A stretch of 64,000 bases of DNA from Acinetobacter phage Acj61, in the sequence record GU911519.1, one strand, 5' to 3'. The notes beneath the pieces were generated by a model. The model saw nothing but the letters and a program-made list of their open reading frames with translations. It did not search any database and was not told where the DNA came from. The position numbers and the translations under genes are program-made. Below are positions 49,701 to 58,171 of the stretch, piece by piece. Position 1 is the first letter of the stretch. Every line of letters starts with the position of its first letter.

Positions 49701-51275
49701 ATGTCTACTCAAATCAAAACTAAAGCACAACTTGTTGCAGATTGGAAACCTCTTTTAGAAGCTGAAGGCGCTCCAGAGATTGCACAAGGCAAACATGCGA
49801 TCATCGCAAAAATGTTCGAAAACCAAGAAGCCGATATCAAATCTGATGCTGCTTATCGTGATGAAAAACTTGCTGAAGCATTCGGTGGTTTTTTAACTGA
49901 AGCGGAAATTGGCGGAGACCATGGTTACGATCCTCAAAATATCGCAGCTGGTCAAACTTCTGGTGCTGTAACCCAGATCGGGCCTGCAGTCATGGGTATG
50001 GTACGTCGTGCAATTCCTAACTTAATTGCATTCGATATCTGTGGTGTACAACCTATGCAAGGTCCGACTGGTCAAGTATTTGCTCTTCGCGCTGTATATG
50101 GCAAAGACCCAATCGCTGCTGGTGCTAAAGAAGCATTCCACCCAATGTATGCACCAGATGCAATGTTCTCTGGTCGTGGTTCGCACGAAGTATTTGCACC
50201 ACTTGCATCAGGCACTGTAGTTGCTCAAGGTACTATCTACAAACACGAATTTGTAGCAACTGGTACTGCATTCCTTCAAGCAACTGGCGCTGTAACATTG
50301 GCTACAACTGCTGATGCTGCTGAACTTGATGCTGAAGTTATTAAGCAAATGGATGCTGGTATTCTCGTTGAAATTGCTGAAGGTATGGCTACTTCAATCG
50401 CGGAATTGCAAGAAGGCTTCAATGGCTCAAATAACAACCCATGGAATGAAATGGGCTTCCGTATCGATAAGCAAGTTATCGAAGCTAAATCTCGTCAATT
50501 GAAAGCTCAATACTCAATTGAACTTGCTCAAGACTTACGCGCTGTACATGGTATGGATGCCGATGCTGAGCTTGCAAACATTCTTGCTACTGAGATCATG
50601 TTGGAAATCAACCGTGAAGTTATCGATTGGATTAACTACTCAGCACAAGTTGGTAAAACTGGTCAAACATTGACAGTTGGTTCTAAAGCCGGTGTATTCG
50701 ACTTCCAAGACCCTATCGATGTACGTGGTGCTCGTTGGGCTGGTGAATCATTCAAAGCGTTACTGTTCCAAATCGACAAAGAATCTGCAGAGATTGCTCG
50801 TCAAACTGGACGTGGTGCTGGTAACTTCATCATCGCTTCTCGTAACGTAGTTAACGTATTAGCTTCAGTTGATACAAGCGTTACTCCAGCTGCACAAGGT
50901 CTTGCACGTGGTCTTAACACAGACACTACCAAAGCGGTATTTGCCGGTATTCTTGGTGGTCGTTATAAAGTGTACATTGACCAATATGCACGTCAAGATT
51001 ACTTCACAATTGGCTACAAAGGTGATAACGAAATGGATGCTGGTATCTACTACGCTCCGTACGTTGCCTTGACACCTTTACGTGGTGCTGATCCGAAGAA
51101 CTTCCAACCAGTATTGGGCTTCAAAACTCGTTACGGTATTGGTATCAACCCATTAGCTGATACAGCTGCTCAGCAACCTGCTGGTAATGCACGTATCGCA
51201 AACGGTATGCCATCAATTGCTAACTCTGTTGGTAAAAATGGTTACTTCCGTCGTGTACTTGTTAAAGGCATCTAA
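49701..51275 (+). CDS. 23: gp23 major capsid protein (524 aa)
   Basis: Size (T4 521 aa) and synteny. Followed by a strong terminator. Confidence 0.9.
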   Translation: MSTQIKTKAQLVADWKPLLEAEGAPEIAQGKHAIIAKMFENQEADIKSDAAYRDEKLAEAFGGFLTEAEIGGDHGYDPQNIAAGQTSGAVTQIGPAVMGMVRRAIPNLIAFDICGVQPMQGPTGQVFALRAVYGKDPIAAGAKEAFHPMYAPDAMFSGRGSHEVFAPLASGTVVAQGTIYKHEFVATGTAFLQATGAVTLATTADAAELDAEVIKQMDAGILVEIAEGMATSIAELQEGFNGSNNNPWNEMGFRIDKQVIEAKSRQLKAQYSIELAQDLRAVHGMDADAELANILATEIMLEINREVIDWINYSAQVGKTGQTLTVGSKAGVFDFQDPIDVRGARWAGESFKALLFQIDKESAEIARQTGRGAGNFIIASRNVVNVLASVDTSVTPAAQGLARGLNTDTTKAVFAGILGGRYKVYIDQYARQDYFTIGYKGDNEMDAGIYYAPYVALTPLRGADPKNFQPVLGFKTRYGIGINPLADTAAQQPAGNARIANGMPSIANSVGKNGYFRRVLVKGI

Positions 51276-51290
51276 TAGCTTTAACTGATG

Positions 51291-51318
51291 AACAGGAGCC
51301 TTATGGCTCCTGTTTTGC
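51291..51318 (+). terminator. intrinsic terminator after gene 23
   Basis: AACAGGAGCC-TTAT-GGCTCCTGTT followed by TTTGC. Confidence 0.75.
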
Positions 51319-51358
51319 ATTCCGGGTAATAAATACTCCTATATAACGAGAGATCACT

Positions 51359-52651
51359 ATGTCAATTTCAAACCTATTAAGTGAGTCAAACACAACTATT
51401 TCTAATGCACAAGGACGCCCTGCATTACTAGCGTTGACTCGAGCTACAACAAAATTGATTTATCAAGATTTAGTAGCAACACAATATACAAATCAGCCAA
51501 CAGCTGCGTTGTACGGCGTCAAATATTTAAACCCTAACAAAGAACTGTCATTCGTCACTGGTGCCACTTATTCAGGCCAATATGGTTCTAAAGACCGTGA
51601 AACCCTTGAAGAAATCACAACTGCAAACAAAGATTCGTTTACAAAAGGTAAACTATTCTTGTTCCAAGATGTTGTGTTCAAAAGTCTTTCTGATACTCCT
51701 TTCGCAGGCAGCACAGAAACAGAGATTTTCGATATCATCTCTGAAGCTAATGCAGCATCAACTATTCGTATGGCCCCTGAAGCAGCAGACACGTCCAAAT
51801 TTGAAACTCCAACCGGTGATGTCTCTGCAGCAGGATTTGTTGTCAATAAATGGCAAGCACCTGTCAAATCTCGTAAGTTTAAAACCGAGTTGACTGTTGA
51901 ATTAGCACAAGACATGGAAGCTGCTGGTTTTGATGCACCTACTATGCTAGAAGATATTCTTGCTACGCAAATGGCAGAAGAAGTAAACAAAGATGTTTTG
52001 CAATCACTTGTGACTGTTTCTAGTCGATTCAAAGTGAATGGTGTTTCTGACAAAGGCGTACTTGATCTTTCAACACTCGGTAGTTCAGTTGACCAGGCTC
52101 GTAACTTGTATCGATTCATTTGTGAAATGAATGCATCAATTCAACGTGCTACATCATACTCTGCTACATACGTAGTTGCCTCATCACGCGTTGCAGCTTT
52201 ACTAGCTTCTTCTGGCTGGTTACAACAAAAAGAAGGACAACCTGAAACATGTTATGGTGTTCTAAATAATAGTTTAGTTGTGTACTGCGATAACAACAGC
52301 CCAGTCGAATATGTCATCGTTGGTGTTAAAGATTCATACGGTCCTGAAGAAATGATTGGTTCGTTATTCTATGCACCGTATGCTGAAGGATTATCTAAAG
52401 ATGCTGACCCAACTGATCATATTGGAGCATACAAAGTCATCAATGATCCTGATAGTTTACAACCAAAATTAATGCTCTTGATTCGTTATGCACTTTGTGT
52501 TAATCCATACACAATGGGTCTAACTGATGAAGAAGCTCGAATTATCGATGCATCAGATATCGATAATTTCGCTGGTCGCAGCCAGATGTCAGTTTTCCTT
52601 GGTGTCAAATTACCAAAACTTAAAGGTGACGAATTACCAAAACAGGACTGA
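51359..52651 (+). CDS. 24: gp24 capsid vertex protein (430 aa)
   Basis: Size (T4 427 aa) and synteny. Expected gp23 paralog. Confidence 0.85.
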   Translation: MSISNLLSESNTTISNAQGRPALLALTRATTKLIYQDLVATQYTNQPTAALYGVKYLNPNKELSFVTGATYSGQYGSKDRETLEEITTANKDSFTKGKLFLFQDVVFKSLSDTPFAGSTETEIFDIISEANAASTIRMAPEAADTSKFETPTGDVSAAGFVVNKWQAPVKSRKFKTELTVELAQDMEAAGFDAPTMLEDILATQMAEEVNKDVLQSLVTVSSRFKVNGVSDKGVLDLSTLGSSVDQARNLYRFICEMNASIQRATSYSATYVVASSRVAALLASSGWLQQKEGQPETCYGVLNNSLVVYCDNNSPVEYVIVGVKDSYGPEEMIGSLFYAPYAEGLSKDADPTDHIGAYKVINDPDSLQPKLMLLIRYALCVNPYTMGLTDEEARIIDASDIDNFAGRSQMSVFLGVKLPKLKGDELPKQD

Positions 52652-52659
52652 ATAATACA

Positions 52660-52695
52660 TACCGCAATGGGACTCATATGAGTCCCATTGCGGTA
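52660..52695. terminator. bidirectional terminator: 14-bp perfect palindrome CCGCAATGGGACTCATATGAGTCCCATTGCGG
   Basis: A perfect palindrome between convergent gene 24 (+) and the 52674..52994 ORF (-). Confidence 0.65.
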
Positions 52696-52994
52696 TTAGT
52701 CACCCCATAAATGATGCCATGTTCAAGTGCAGATCGATGTACAATCCGTCCATGACGAGATTCTTGTACATCAACTTCTGGATAGTCAGTAATCATTTTT
52801 GCAAGTGCTGCAAGATGTGGTTTGTATTTGCTATCCTCAGGAGGATCCTTCCAATCTTTGCCTTCACTTGTGAGTTTTTCAATTTCATCCATAACCCACC
52901 AACCTACCCAGATGTATGCTGAATTACGGCAAGGCAAAGGATGAATTACAGGTGGTTTGTCTTTTTCTACCATTGAGTTGTTCGGTGTAGCCAT
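52674..52994 (-). CDS. hypothetical protein (106 aa)
   Basis: ORF whose 3' end lies inside the palindromic terminator. Confidence 0.4.
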   Translation of the reverse strand: MATPNNSMVEKDKPPVIHPLPCRNSAYIWVGWWVMDEIEKLTSEGKDWKDPPEDSKYKPHLAALAKMITDYPEVDVQESRHGRIVHRSALEHGIIYGVTNTAMGLI

Positions 52995-53003
52995 ATTATC
53001 TCC

Positions 53004-53021
53004 AAAAGGGCCCGAAGGCCC
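53004..53021 (-). terminator. UUCG-tetraloop hairpin GGGCC-TTCG-GGCCC + U-run (minus strand)
   Basis: On the minus strand this is the identical 14-mer seen at 37830-37843, followed by TTTTGG. Confidence 0.55.
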
Positions 53022-53025
53022 GTGG

Positions 53026-53685
53026 TTATTCTAGTACAACAAAGCTTGAATTTCGAGTTTCTCGAATTCGTACAAATCCATCACGTTGGATGTAATAGAT
53101 TAAGCTTAAAAGTGTTTTCACTCCATGAAAATCATGGAATGAATTTGGATCGGTTTTCCATTGTGGATTTTTAGTGATCCAATCATAAATCCACCAAGGC
53201 AGTGTCACATACGCTGTGTGAGCACGTCCTAGCATTTGAATAGTCGGAGAAAAATTTGGTGGCAATTGGAATGCTGGCTGTTCAACAACTTCTTGAACTT
53301 CAGGTTCGTCTTGCTTAATTTCTTCCTTTTGTTCGACAACTTCAACTTGTTCCGTTGGAGCTGTCTCTACAGGTTTTTCTTCAACAATTTCACCACGAAG
53401 AGCAGCAAGTGCTGATTCTTTGGCTTCACCTTCAAAAACTGATTTGCCTGAAATTTCATCACTTGCTTGAATTAAGTCAGTGATTGTTAAACCTTCAGAA
53501 GGCTGTTCTGGCATTGGTTCATTAGCAAGCTTGGCCAATTCATCTTTGATGTCAGCAACCATGTTGTCGAATGAACGAGTTTTCTTTACGGAAATGTTGA
53601 ACTGAGCTGCATACTCAGCGAGTTTCTCTTTAGATTCTTTAACACCTAAAGTTTTGATTTCATCAATGTACGCTTTATCTAACAT
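53026..53685 (-). CDS. hypothetical acidic protein (219 aa)
   Basis: ORF with a Glu/Gln/Val-rich central repeat. Has its own minus-strand TATAAATA at 53713-53720. Confidence 0.5.
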   Translation of the reverse strand: MLDKAYIDEIKTLGVKESKEKLAEYAAQFNISVKKTRSFDNMVADIKDELAKLANEPMPEQPSEGLTITDLIQASDEISGKSVFEGEAKESALAALRGEIVEEKPVETAPTEQVEVVEQKEEIKQDEPEVQEVVEQPAFQLPPNFSPTIQMLGRAHTAYVTLPWWIYDWITKNPQWKTDPNSFHDFHGVKTLLSLIYYIQRDGFVRIRETRNSSFVVLE

Positions 53686-53731
53686 AAGAAATTTTCCATG
53701 TGTAATATGATTTATTTATACTATTGATGTT

Positions 53732-53739
53732 TATAAATA
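53732..53739 (+). promoter_or_regulatory. late promoter TATAAATA for uvsW (a divergent minus-strand TATAAATA lies at 53713-53720)
   Basis: Exact motifs on both strands in the 80-bp divergent intergenic region. Confidence 0.5.
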
Positions 53740-53764
53740 CTTTTATCATTTCCACTAGTATGGA

Positions 53765-55288
53765 TTGCAAATTAGGAAACTTATCATGGCAGACATCAAC
53801 TTAGAATTTTATGACTACAGTTTTGTCTACATTGATGCACCTGACGGATTGTTCAGAGAAATTCGAGATTATTTTTCATTCTTCGCAGACGGGTATCAAT
53901 TTAGCAACAAATTCAAATATGGCACTTGGGATGGCAAAATTCGATTAGTTGAAAACGATCGATTGCTTCCTATTGGACTCGTAACTCAACTATGCAAATT
54001 CGCATCAAACAACGATCTATCAATTGCTGTACATCATGACGTCAAACATAAAAATAGTTTGAGTCGTGATCAATTCGATACATGGGTCAATTCAATGACA
54101 TACTGGTCTGGCAATCGTGAAATTATGCCTTATTGGTATCAAATGAATGCGGTCTATGAAGCTCTTGTTCACAAACGTCGAATTTTGAACTTGCCAACTT
54201 CTGCTGGTAAATCTTTGATTCAAGCTCTTTTGTCTAAAAAGACAATCGAAGAATCAGATCGTTCAGTACTCATTTTGGTTCCGACCACTGCTCTCGTTAC
54301 TCAAATGAAAGATGATTTTGTTGATTATCGATTGTTCAAAGCTGATGAGATTGCTGAAGTTCGTTCTGGATGCAAACAAACGAATGAACGCGTCGTAGTT
54401 GCAACATGGCAATCAGCTATCAAGAAACCTCAATCATGGTTCAATCAATTTGGTATGCTGTTATGTGATGAGATGCATCTTGCTATTGGTAAGTCGATTT
54501 CAACAATCATCAAAAAGTTAGCATATTGCGAATACAAGATCGGTTTGTCTGGTTCACTTCGTGATGGCAAAGCTAACTTGATGCAGTACGTCGGATTATT
54601 CGGTGAGATTTATAATCCTGTTTCAACAGCTGATTTGATGGCTGCAGGTCAAGTAACTCAGCTCAGAATCAATGCTTTGTTTTTGAAGTATCCTGAACAT
54701 GTTTCATCAACAATGAAATCTCTTGACTATGCTGCTGAAATCAAATTCATCACATCGCTCAACAAACGAACTCAATGGGTATCACGTCTTGCTGTTAAAC
54801 TAGCAAATCGTAATGAAAATGCATTTGTTATGTTTAAACATATTGAGCATGGTAAATCGATTTATGATGCAATTAAGAGTGCTGGACACGAGAAAGTGTA
54901 CTATGTATCGGGTGAAATTGATACTGATACACGAACAAAATTGAAGAAGATTGCAGAAGAACAAACAGGTGTCATTATTATTGCATCATATGGAGTGTTC
55001 TCAACTGGTATTTCTGTAAAGAATCTTCATCATGTCATTTTGGCTCATCCGGTTCGCTCAAAAGTTATTGTGCTTCAAACAATTGGCCGTGTGTTACGTA
55101 TTCACGGTTCAAAGAAATTAGCACAGATCTGGGATTTGATTGATGATATGTCACTCACTAAAGACAAACACGGAATCAAAACTCGAGTCAATGTCAACTA
55201 CGCTCTAAAGCACGGTGTTGAACGTATCGAAAGATATGGCCTTGAAAAATTTGACTACGTCATGAAAACTATCGAATTTTTGAAATAG
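53765..55288 (+). CDS. uvsW: UvsW-like SF2 DNA helicase (507 aa)
   Basis: Walker A 'PTSAGKSL', DEAH-type 'CDEMH'. Position after gene 24, as in T4. Confidence 0.8.
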   Translation: MQIRKLIMADINLEFYDYSFVYIDAPDGLFREIRDYFSFFADGYQFSNKFKYGTWDGKIRLVENDRLLPIGLVTQLCKFASNNDLSIAVHHDVKHKNSLSRDQFDTWVNSMTYWSGNREIMPYWYQMNAVYEALVHKRRILNLPTSAGKSLIQALLSKKTIEESDRSVLILVPTTALVTQMKDDFVDYRLFKADEIAEVRSGCKQTNERVVVATWQSAIKKPQSWFNQFGMLLCDEMHLAIGKSISTIIKKLAYCEYKIGLSGSLRDGKANLMQYVGLFGEIYNPVSTADLMAAGQVTQLRINALFLKYPEHVSSTMKSLDYAAEIKFITSLNKRTQWVSRLAVKLANRNENAFVMFKHIEHGKSIYDAIKSAGHEKVYYVSGEIDTDTRTKLKKIAEEQTGVIIIASYGVFSTGISVKNLHHVILAHPVRSKVIVLQTIGRVLRIHGSKKLAQIWDLIDDMSLTKDKHGIKTRVNVNYALKHGVERIERYGLEKFDYVMKTIEFLK

Positions 55289-55289
55289 C

Positions 55290-55315
55290 AATGGGACCTT
55301 TCGGTCCCATTTTTG
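55290..55315 (+). terminator. intrinsic terminator after uvsW
   Basis: AATGGGACC-TTTC-GGTCCCATT followed by TTTTGTTG. Confidence 0.7.
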
Positions 55316-55318
55316 TTG

Positions 55319-55606
55319 CTAAGAAATAAGTTCGTCACATTCTTCACAAACAGTCATTGCAGCAATCTCATTGTGAACTCGAACATACGGGTCATGCCAG
55401 ATGTCACAGTTCTCACATAAGAATGTGTATTGTTCTAATGCATCGGTGAATATTTGACTGTGAACAACTTCAAAGTCGATTCCCAAATCTTCGAGAACTG
55501 AACGTATAGCACCAGTTTTGCCATGGGCTCCACCTGTCTCTTGACAGCCTTGAAGTTCATTTGCTATTTCGCGATATTGATCGTCGGTTGGATAAACTAA
55601 ACTCAT
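55319..55606 (-). CDS. hypothetical Cys-rich protein (95 aa)
   Basis: 'CENCD...CEEC' zinc-binding-like pairs. Sits in the uvsY.-2 position. Confidence 0.45.
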   Translation of the reverse strand: MSLVYPTDDQYREIANELQGCQETGGAHGKTGAIRSVLEDLGIDFEVVHSQIFTDALEQYTFLCENCDIWHDPYVRVHNEIAAMTVCEECDELIS

Positions 55607-55920
55607 TTGTACACCTTTTCGTCTACATAAAATTCTAACTCTTTAGTGACGCCATCAACAATGACTACACCACGTTCAAAATCAAACTCTTTAACAAGCA
55701 AACGAGTTTGCCATGGGTCGATGCCCCATCCCCAATCAAATTTACGATATGGGCAAACGTAATGAACGTTGGTGAGATTTTTACACCCGTCCATAGTAGC
55801 AAAATTCAATCCAGGTGCTCCAACGAATTGTACTACCCAGCGTTCTGACAAGTTGCGTACAGTCGGTTCGTCGCAAGTCAATTTAACTTGTTCTGCACGA
55901 AAAGATGATACCTTACCCAT
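55603..55920 (-). CDS. hypothetical protein (105 aa)
   Basis: ORF, ATGA-coupled. Does not resemble the recalled T4 UvsY sequence. Confidence 0.45.
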   Translation of the reverse strand: MGKVSSFRAEQVKLTCDEPTVRNLSERWVVQFVGAPGLNFATMDGCKNLTNVHYVCPYRKFDWGWGIDPWQTRLLVKEFDFERGVVIVDGVTKELEFYVDEKVYK

Positions 55921-55983
55921 AATGTTTTACTCATTAATTGTTGATAGGACTATTATAACACAGTCCTATCTCGATGTAAACTG

Positions 55984-56151
55984 CTATAGCAACAATTCTG
56001 TTTCTAGAAGCACATCGCTATCGCTTTCAAAAACTGGCATCTGTTCTACATGCTGTAAGCATACACCAGGATGCACAGGACCATTTGCAGTTTCAACTAC
56101 TAACAAGTCATCAATAGGCTGCTTACACACAGCACAAATTTGCTTTTCCAT
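55984..56151 (-). CDS. small zinc-ribbon-like protein (55 aa)
   Basis: Sub-threshold ORF 'MEKQICAVCKQPIDD..HPGVCLQHVEQ..'. Confidence 0.3.
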   Translation of the reverse strand: MEKQICAVCKQPIDDLLVVETANGPVHPGVCLQHVEQMPVFESDSDVLLETELLL

Positions 56152-56316
56152 GATAATTCCTCTAAATTAATTTAACCAAGTCCATAACCATCTAATATCA
56201 TCTGAACACCTATCTATTCCGACCAAATAATAATGGGTGGATCTTAGCATTGATAGCATTGTATCATACAAATAAATACAGCATAGGCTCGCGAAAACCA
56301 AGTGTCTATTTTTTGA

Positions 56317-56715
56317 TCAAGCTAAGCCATTGCTAAGCTGTAACTTCAATGCTTCTAACGTGTCCGGGTTATCCAAAATGCTAAACCGTACGTCGACGAT
56401 AATTGTGTTAAGGTCATATTGTGGAATGACATTGACACCTAATCGCACGATTCGAGGCTCGTATGTTCTAACTGCAGCAGTGATACTCTTTTCAAGCGTG
56501 TTTGCTGTTAGAGGAGACAAGTTCTCAAATAATTGATCTGACATATCACAACCAAATTCTGGGTCAAAAGGTTTTGAACCTTTTCGTGTTGTGATAATCC
56601 CTAAAAGAGAGTTCTTGACAGCACGTGTGCCAACACTCTTTGCGACATCTCGGTTCCATGCCATTGACATTTCAGGCGAGATGTCTGTGTACATCTGATT
56701 GATTGATACGCTCAT
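56317..56715 (-). CDS. 25: gp25 baseplate wedge protein (132 aa)
   Basis: Size identical to T4 gp25. gpW/gp25 family features and synteny with gene 26. Confidence 0.8.
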   Translation of the reverse strand: MSVSINQMYTDISPEMSMAWNRDVAKSVGTRAVKNSLLGIITTRKGSKPFDPEFGCDMSDQLFENLSPLTANTLEKSITAAVRTYEPRIVRLGVNVIPQYDLNTIIVDVRFSILDNPDTLEALKLQLSNGLA

Positions 56716-57371
56716 TATAAAATCCGAATGAATTCGCTAAAACCTTCAATGACGTGTACATGCTTCTTGCCGCATTTAGGACAAGTAATTGGCACCGCCA
56801 ACTGCACCTTTGGTGCTAATAAGAATTTTTTGATAGAATTAATATCATCAGGCGTAATAGCTTTGTGAATGTCATCGAGCTCGGATTCAGTCAATTCATC
56901 AACTGGAATTCGATCGTCGCCTACGTACGCAGCTTCAATTGCTTTAACGAGCATAAGAGGCACGTTGTCATCATCAAACAGTTCTGGCCAGTTGAATGAC
57001 AATTTAAAGTTCGGGAACGCATATAAATTTTCTGTGCTCTCGCCTTTGAAGTCAATACCTGCATGTGATAGATCGAGTTTGACTTGGAACTCGTGCTTAC
57101 ATTCACAGACATAATCCTGAAGAATTTCGTCTTGGTTGATGCTTCGTCCAATAAGATTAACGAGCAATAATTCTGCATCGTGTTTGGAAAGCTTAGAAGC
57201 ATTTGTGTATTTCTCGATAACTTCTCGAGACCATTTTTTGATCAAGTCTGAATTATCAGAGCCTCGTGACAGCAGCAATTTCACATAGTCTTCTAACGTG
57301 ATTGTTGTACACTCGACAGTTTGATCACTAAGTTTAACGCTAAATTTTGTTTCGTACATAATAGTCACCAC
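56715..57371 (-). CDS. 26: gp26 baseplate hub protein (218 aa)
   Basis: Size (T4 208 aa), synteny, divergent from gene 51. Confidence 0.65.
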   Translation of the reverse strand: MVTIMYETKFSVKLSDQTVECTTITLEDYVKLLLSRGSDNSDLIKKWSREVIEKYTNASKLSKHDAELLLVNLIGRSINQDEILQDYVCECKHEFQVKLDLSHAGIDFKGESTENLYAFPNFKLSFNWPELFDDDNVPLMLVKAIEAAYVGDDRIPVDELTESELDDIHKAITPDDINSIKKFLLAPKVQLAVPITCPKCGKKHVHVIEGFSEFIRIL

Positions 57372-57382
57372 TTTATTGAGTA

Positions 57383-57394
57383 TTTATAAATATT
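57383..57394. promoter_or_regulatory. bidirectional late promoter TATTTATAAATA
   Basis: The dodecamer contains TATAAATA on both strands, between divergent genes 26 (-) and 51 (+). Confidence 0.55.
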
Positions 57395-57412
57395 TTAAAC
57401 ACGGAGGCTTGT

Positions 57413-58171
57413 ATGGCTAATATTATTCGATGCAAACTACCTGATGGCATTCATCGTTTCAAACCATTCACAGTGGCTGATTATCGAGATTTCTTGTTAG
57501 TGCGCAACGACATGCTTTCTAAAGAGATCAAAGAGCAAAAAGAACTTGTCAATGAACTGGCTGCTGATTATTTCAGTGAGTACCCAGAAACTTGGCAGCA
57601 ATACATTTTCTTGAATGTGTTCACAGGCTCGATCGGCAAAACGAAAATTCCAATTGTGTATGATTGTCCTAAATGTGGCAAAACACATAAGAGAATCTTC
57701 AATCTCGAGCAAGAACCACTAAGTGACCCAATACTTGAAATCAATGAAAGCACATCAGTACATTTCAAATTCCCTGAAGTCAATTCTGAAAACTTGCAAG
57801 AGTTAGTACTTCAAAATATCAAAGGCGTTACTCATGACGAAAAATTCTATGAGTGGTCTTCTCTTGATGAGCAAACAAAAGAGAATATTATTGATAGCAT
57901 TGATTTTGAATCGTTCGAGAAATTGATCAAGAATTTGAAGCCTATTCACTTTCAACTTAAATTGAAATGCTGTGGTAATGAGTCAAAAATTGTGTATGAT
58001 GACTTGCATTCAGTTTTCAATTTGCTAATTAATCCAGATGAAGTCTTTTCATTCTACGAGATCAATCACATTCTGATCAAGAACAAGTATGATCAACAAG
58101 CAGTGATGAACATGATTCCGATTGAACGAAGTATGGCTCTATCACTTATTGAAAGGGACAATAAAAAATGA
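57413..58171 (+). CDS. 51: gp51 baseplate hub assembly catalyst (252 aa)
   Basis: Size (T4 249 aa), synteny, CxxC pair. Confidence 0.65.
   Translation: MANIIRCKLPDGIHRFKPFTVADYRDFLLVRNDMLSKEIKEQKELVNELAADYFSEYPETWQQYIFLNVFTGSIGKTKIPIVYDCPKCGKTHKRIFNLEQEPLSDPILEINESTSVHFKFPEVNSENLQELVLQNIKGVTHDEKFYEWSSLDEQTKENIIDSIDFESFEKLIKNLKPIHFQLKLKCCGNESKIVYDDLHSVFNLLINPDEVFSFYEINHILIKNKYDQQAVMNMIPIERSMALSLIERDNKK

Noticed and set aside
55769-56170. 133-aa plus-strand ORF
   Set aside because: It runs antisense to the 105-aa gene and the small zinc-ribbon ORF. All flanking genes are on the minus strand, and there is no RBS.
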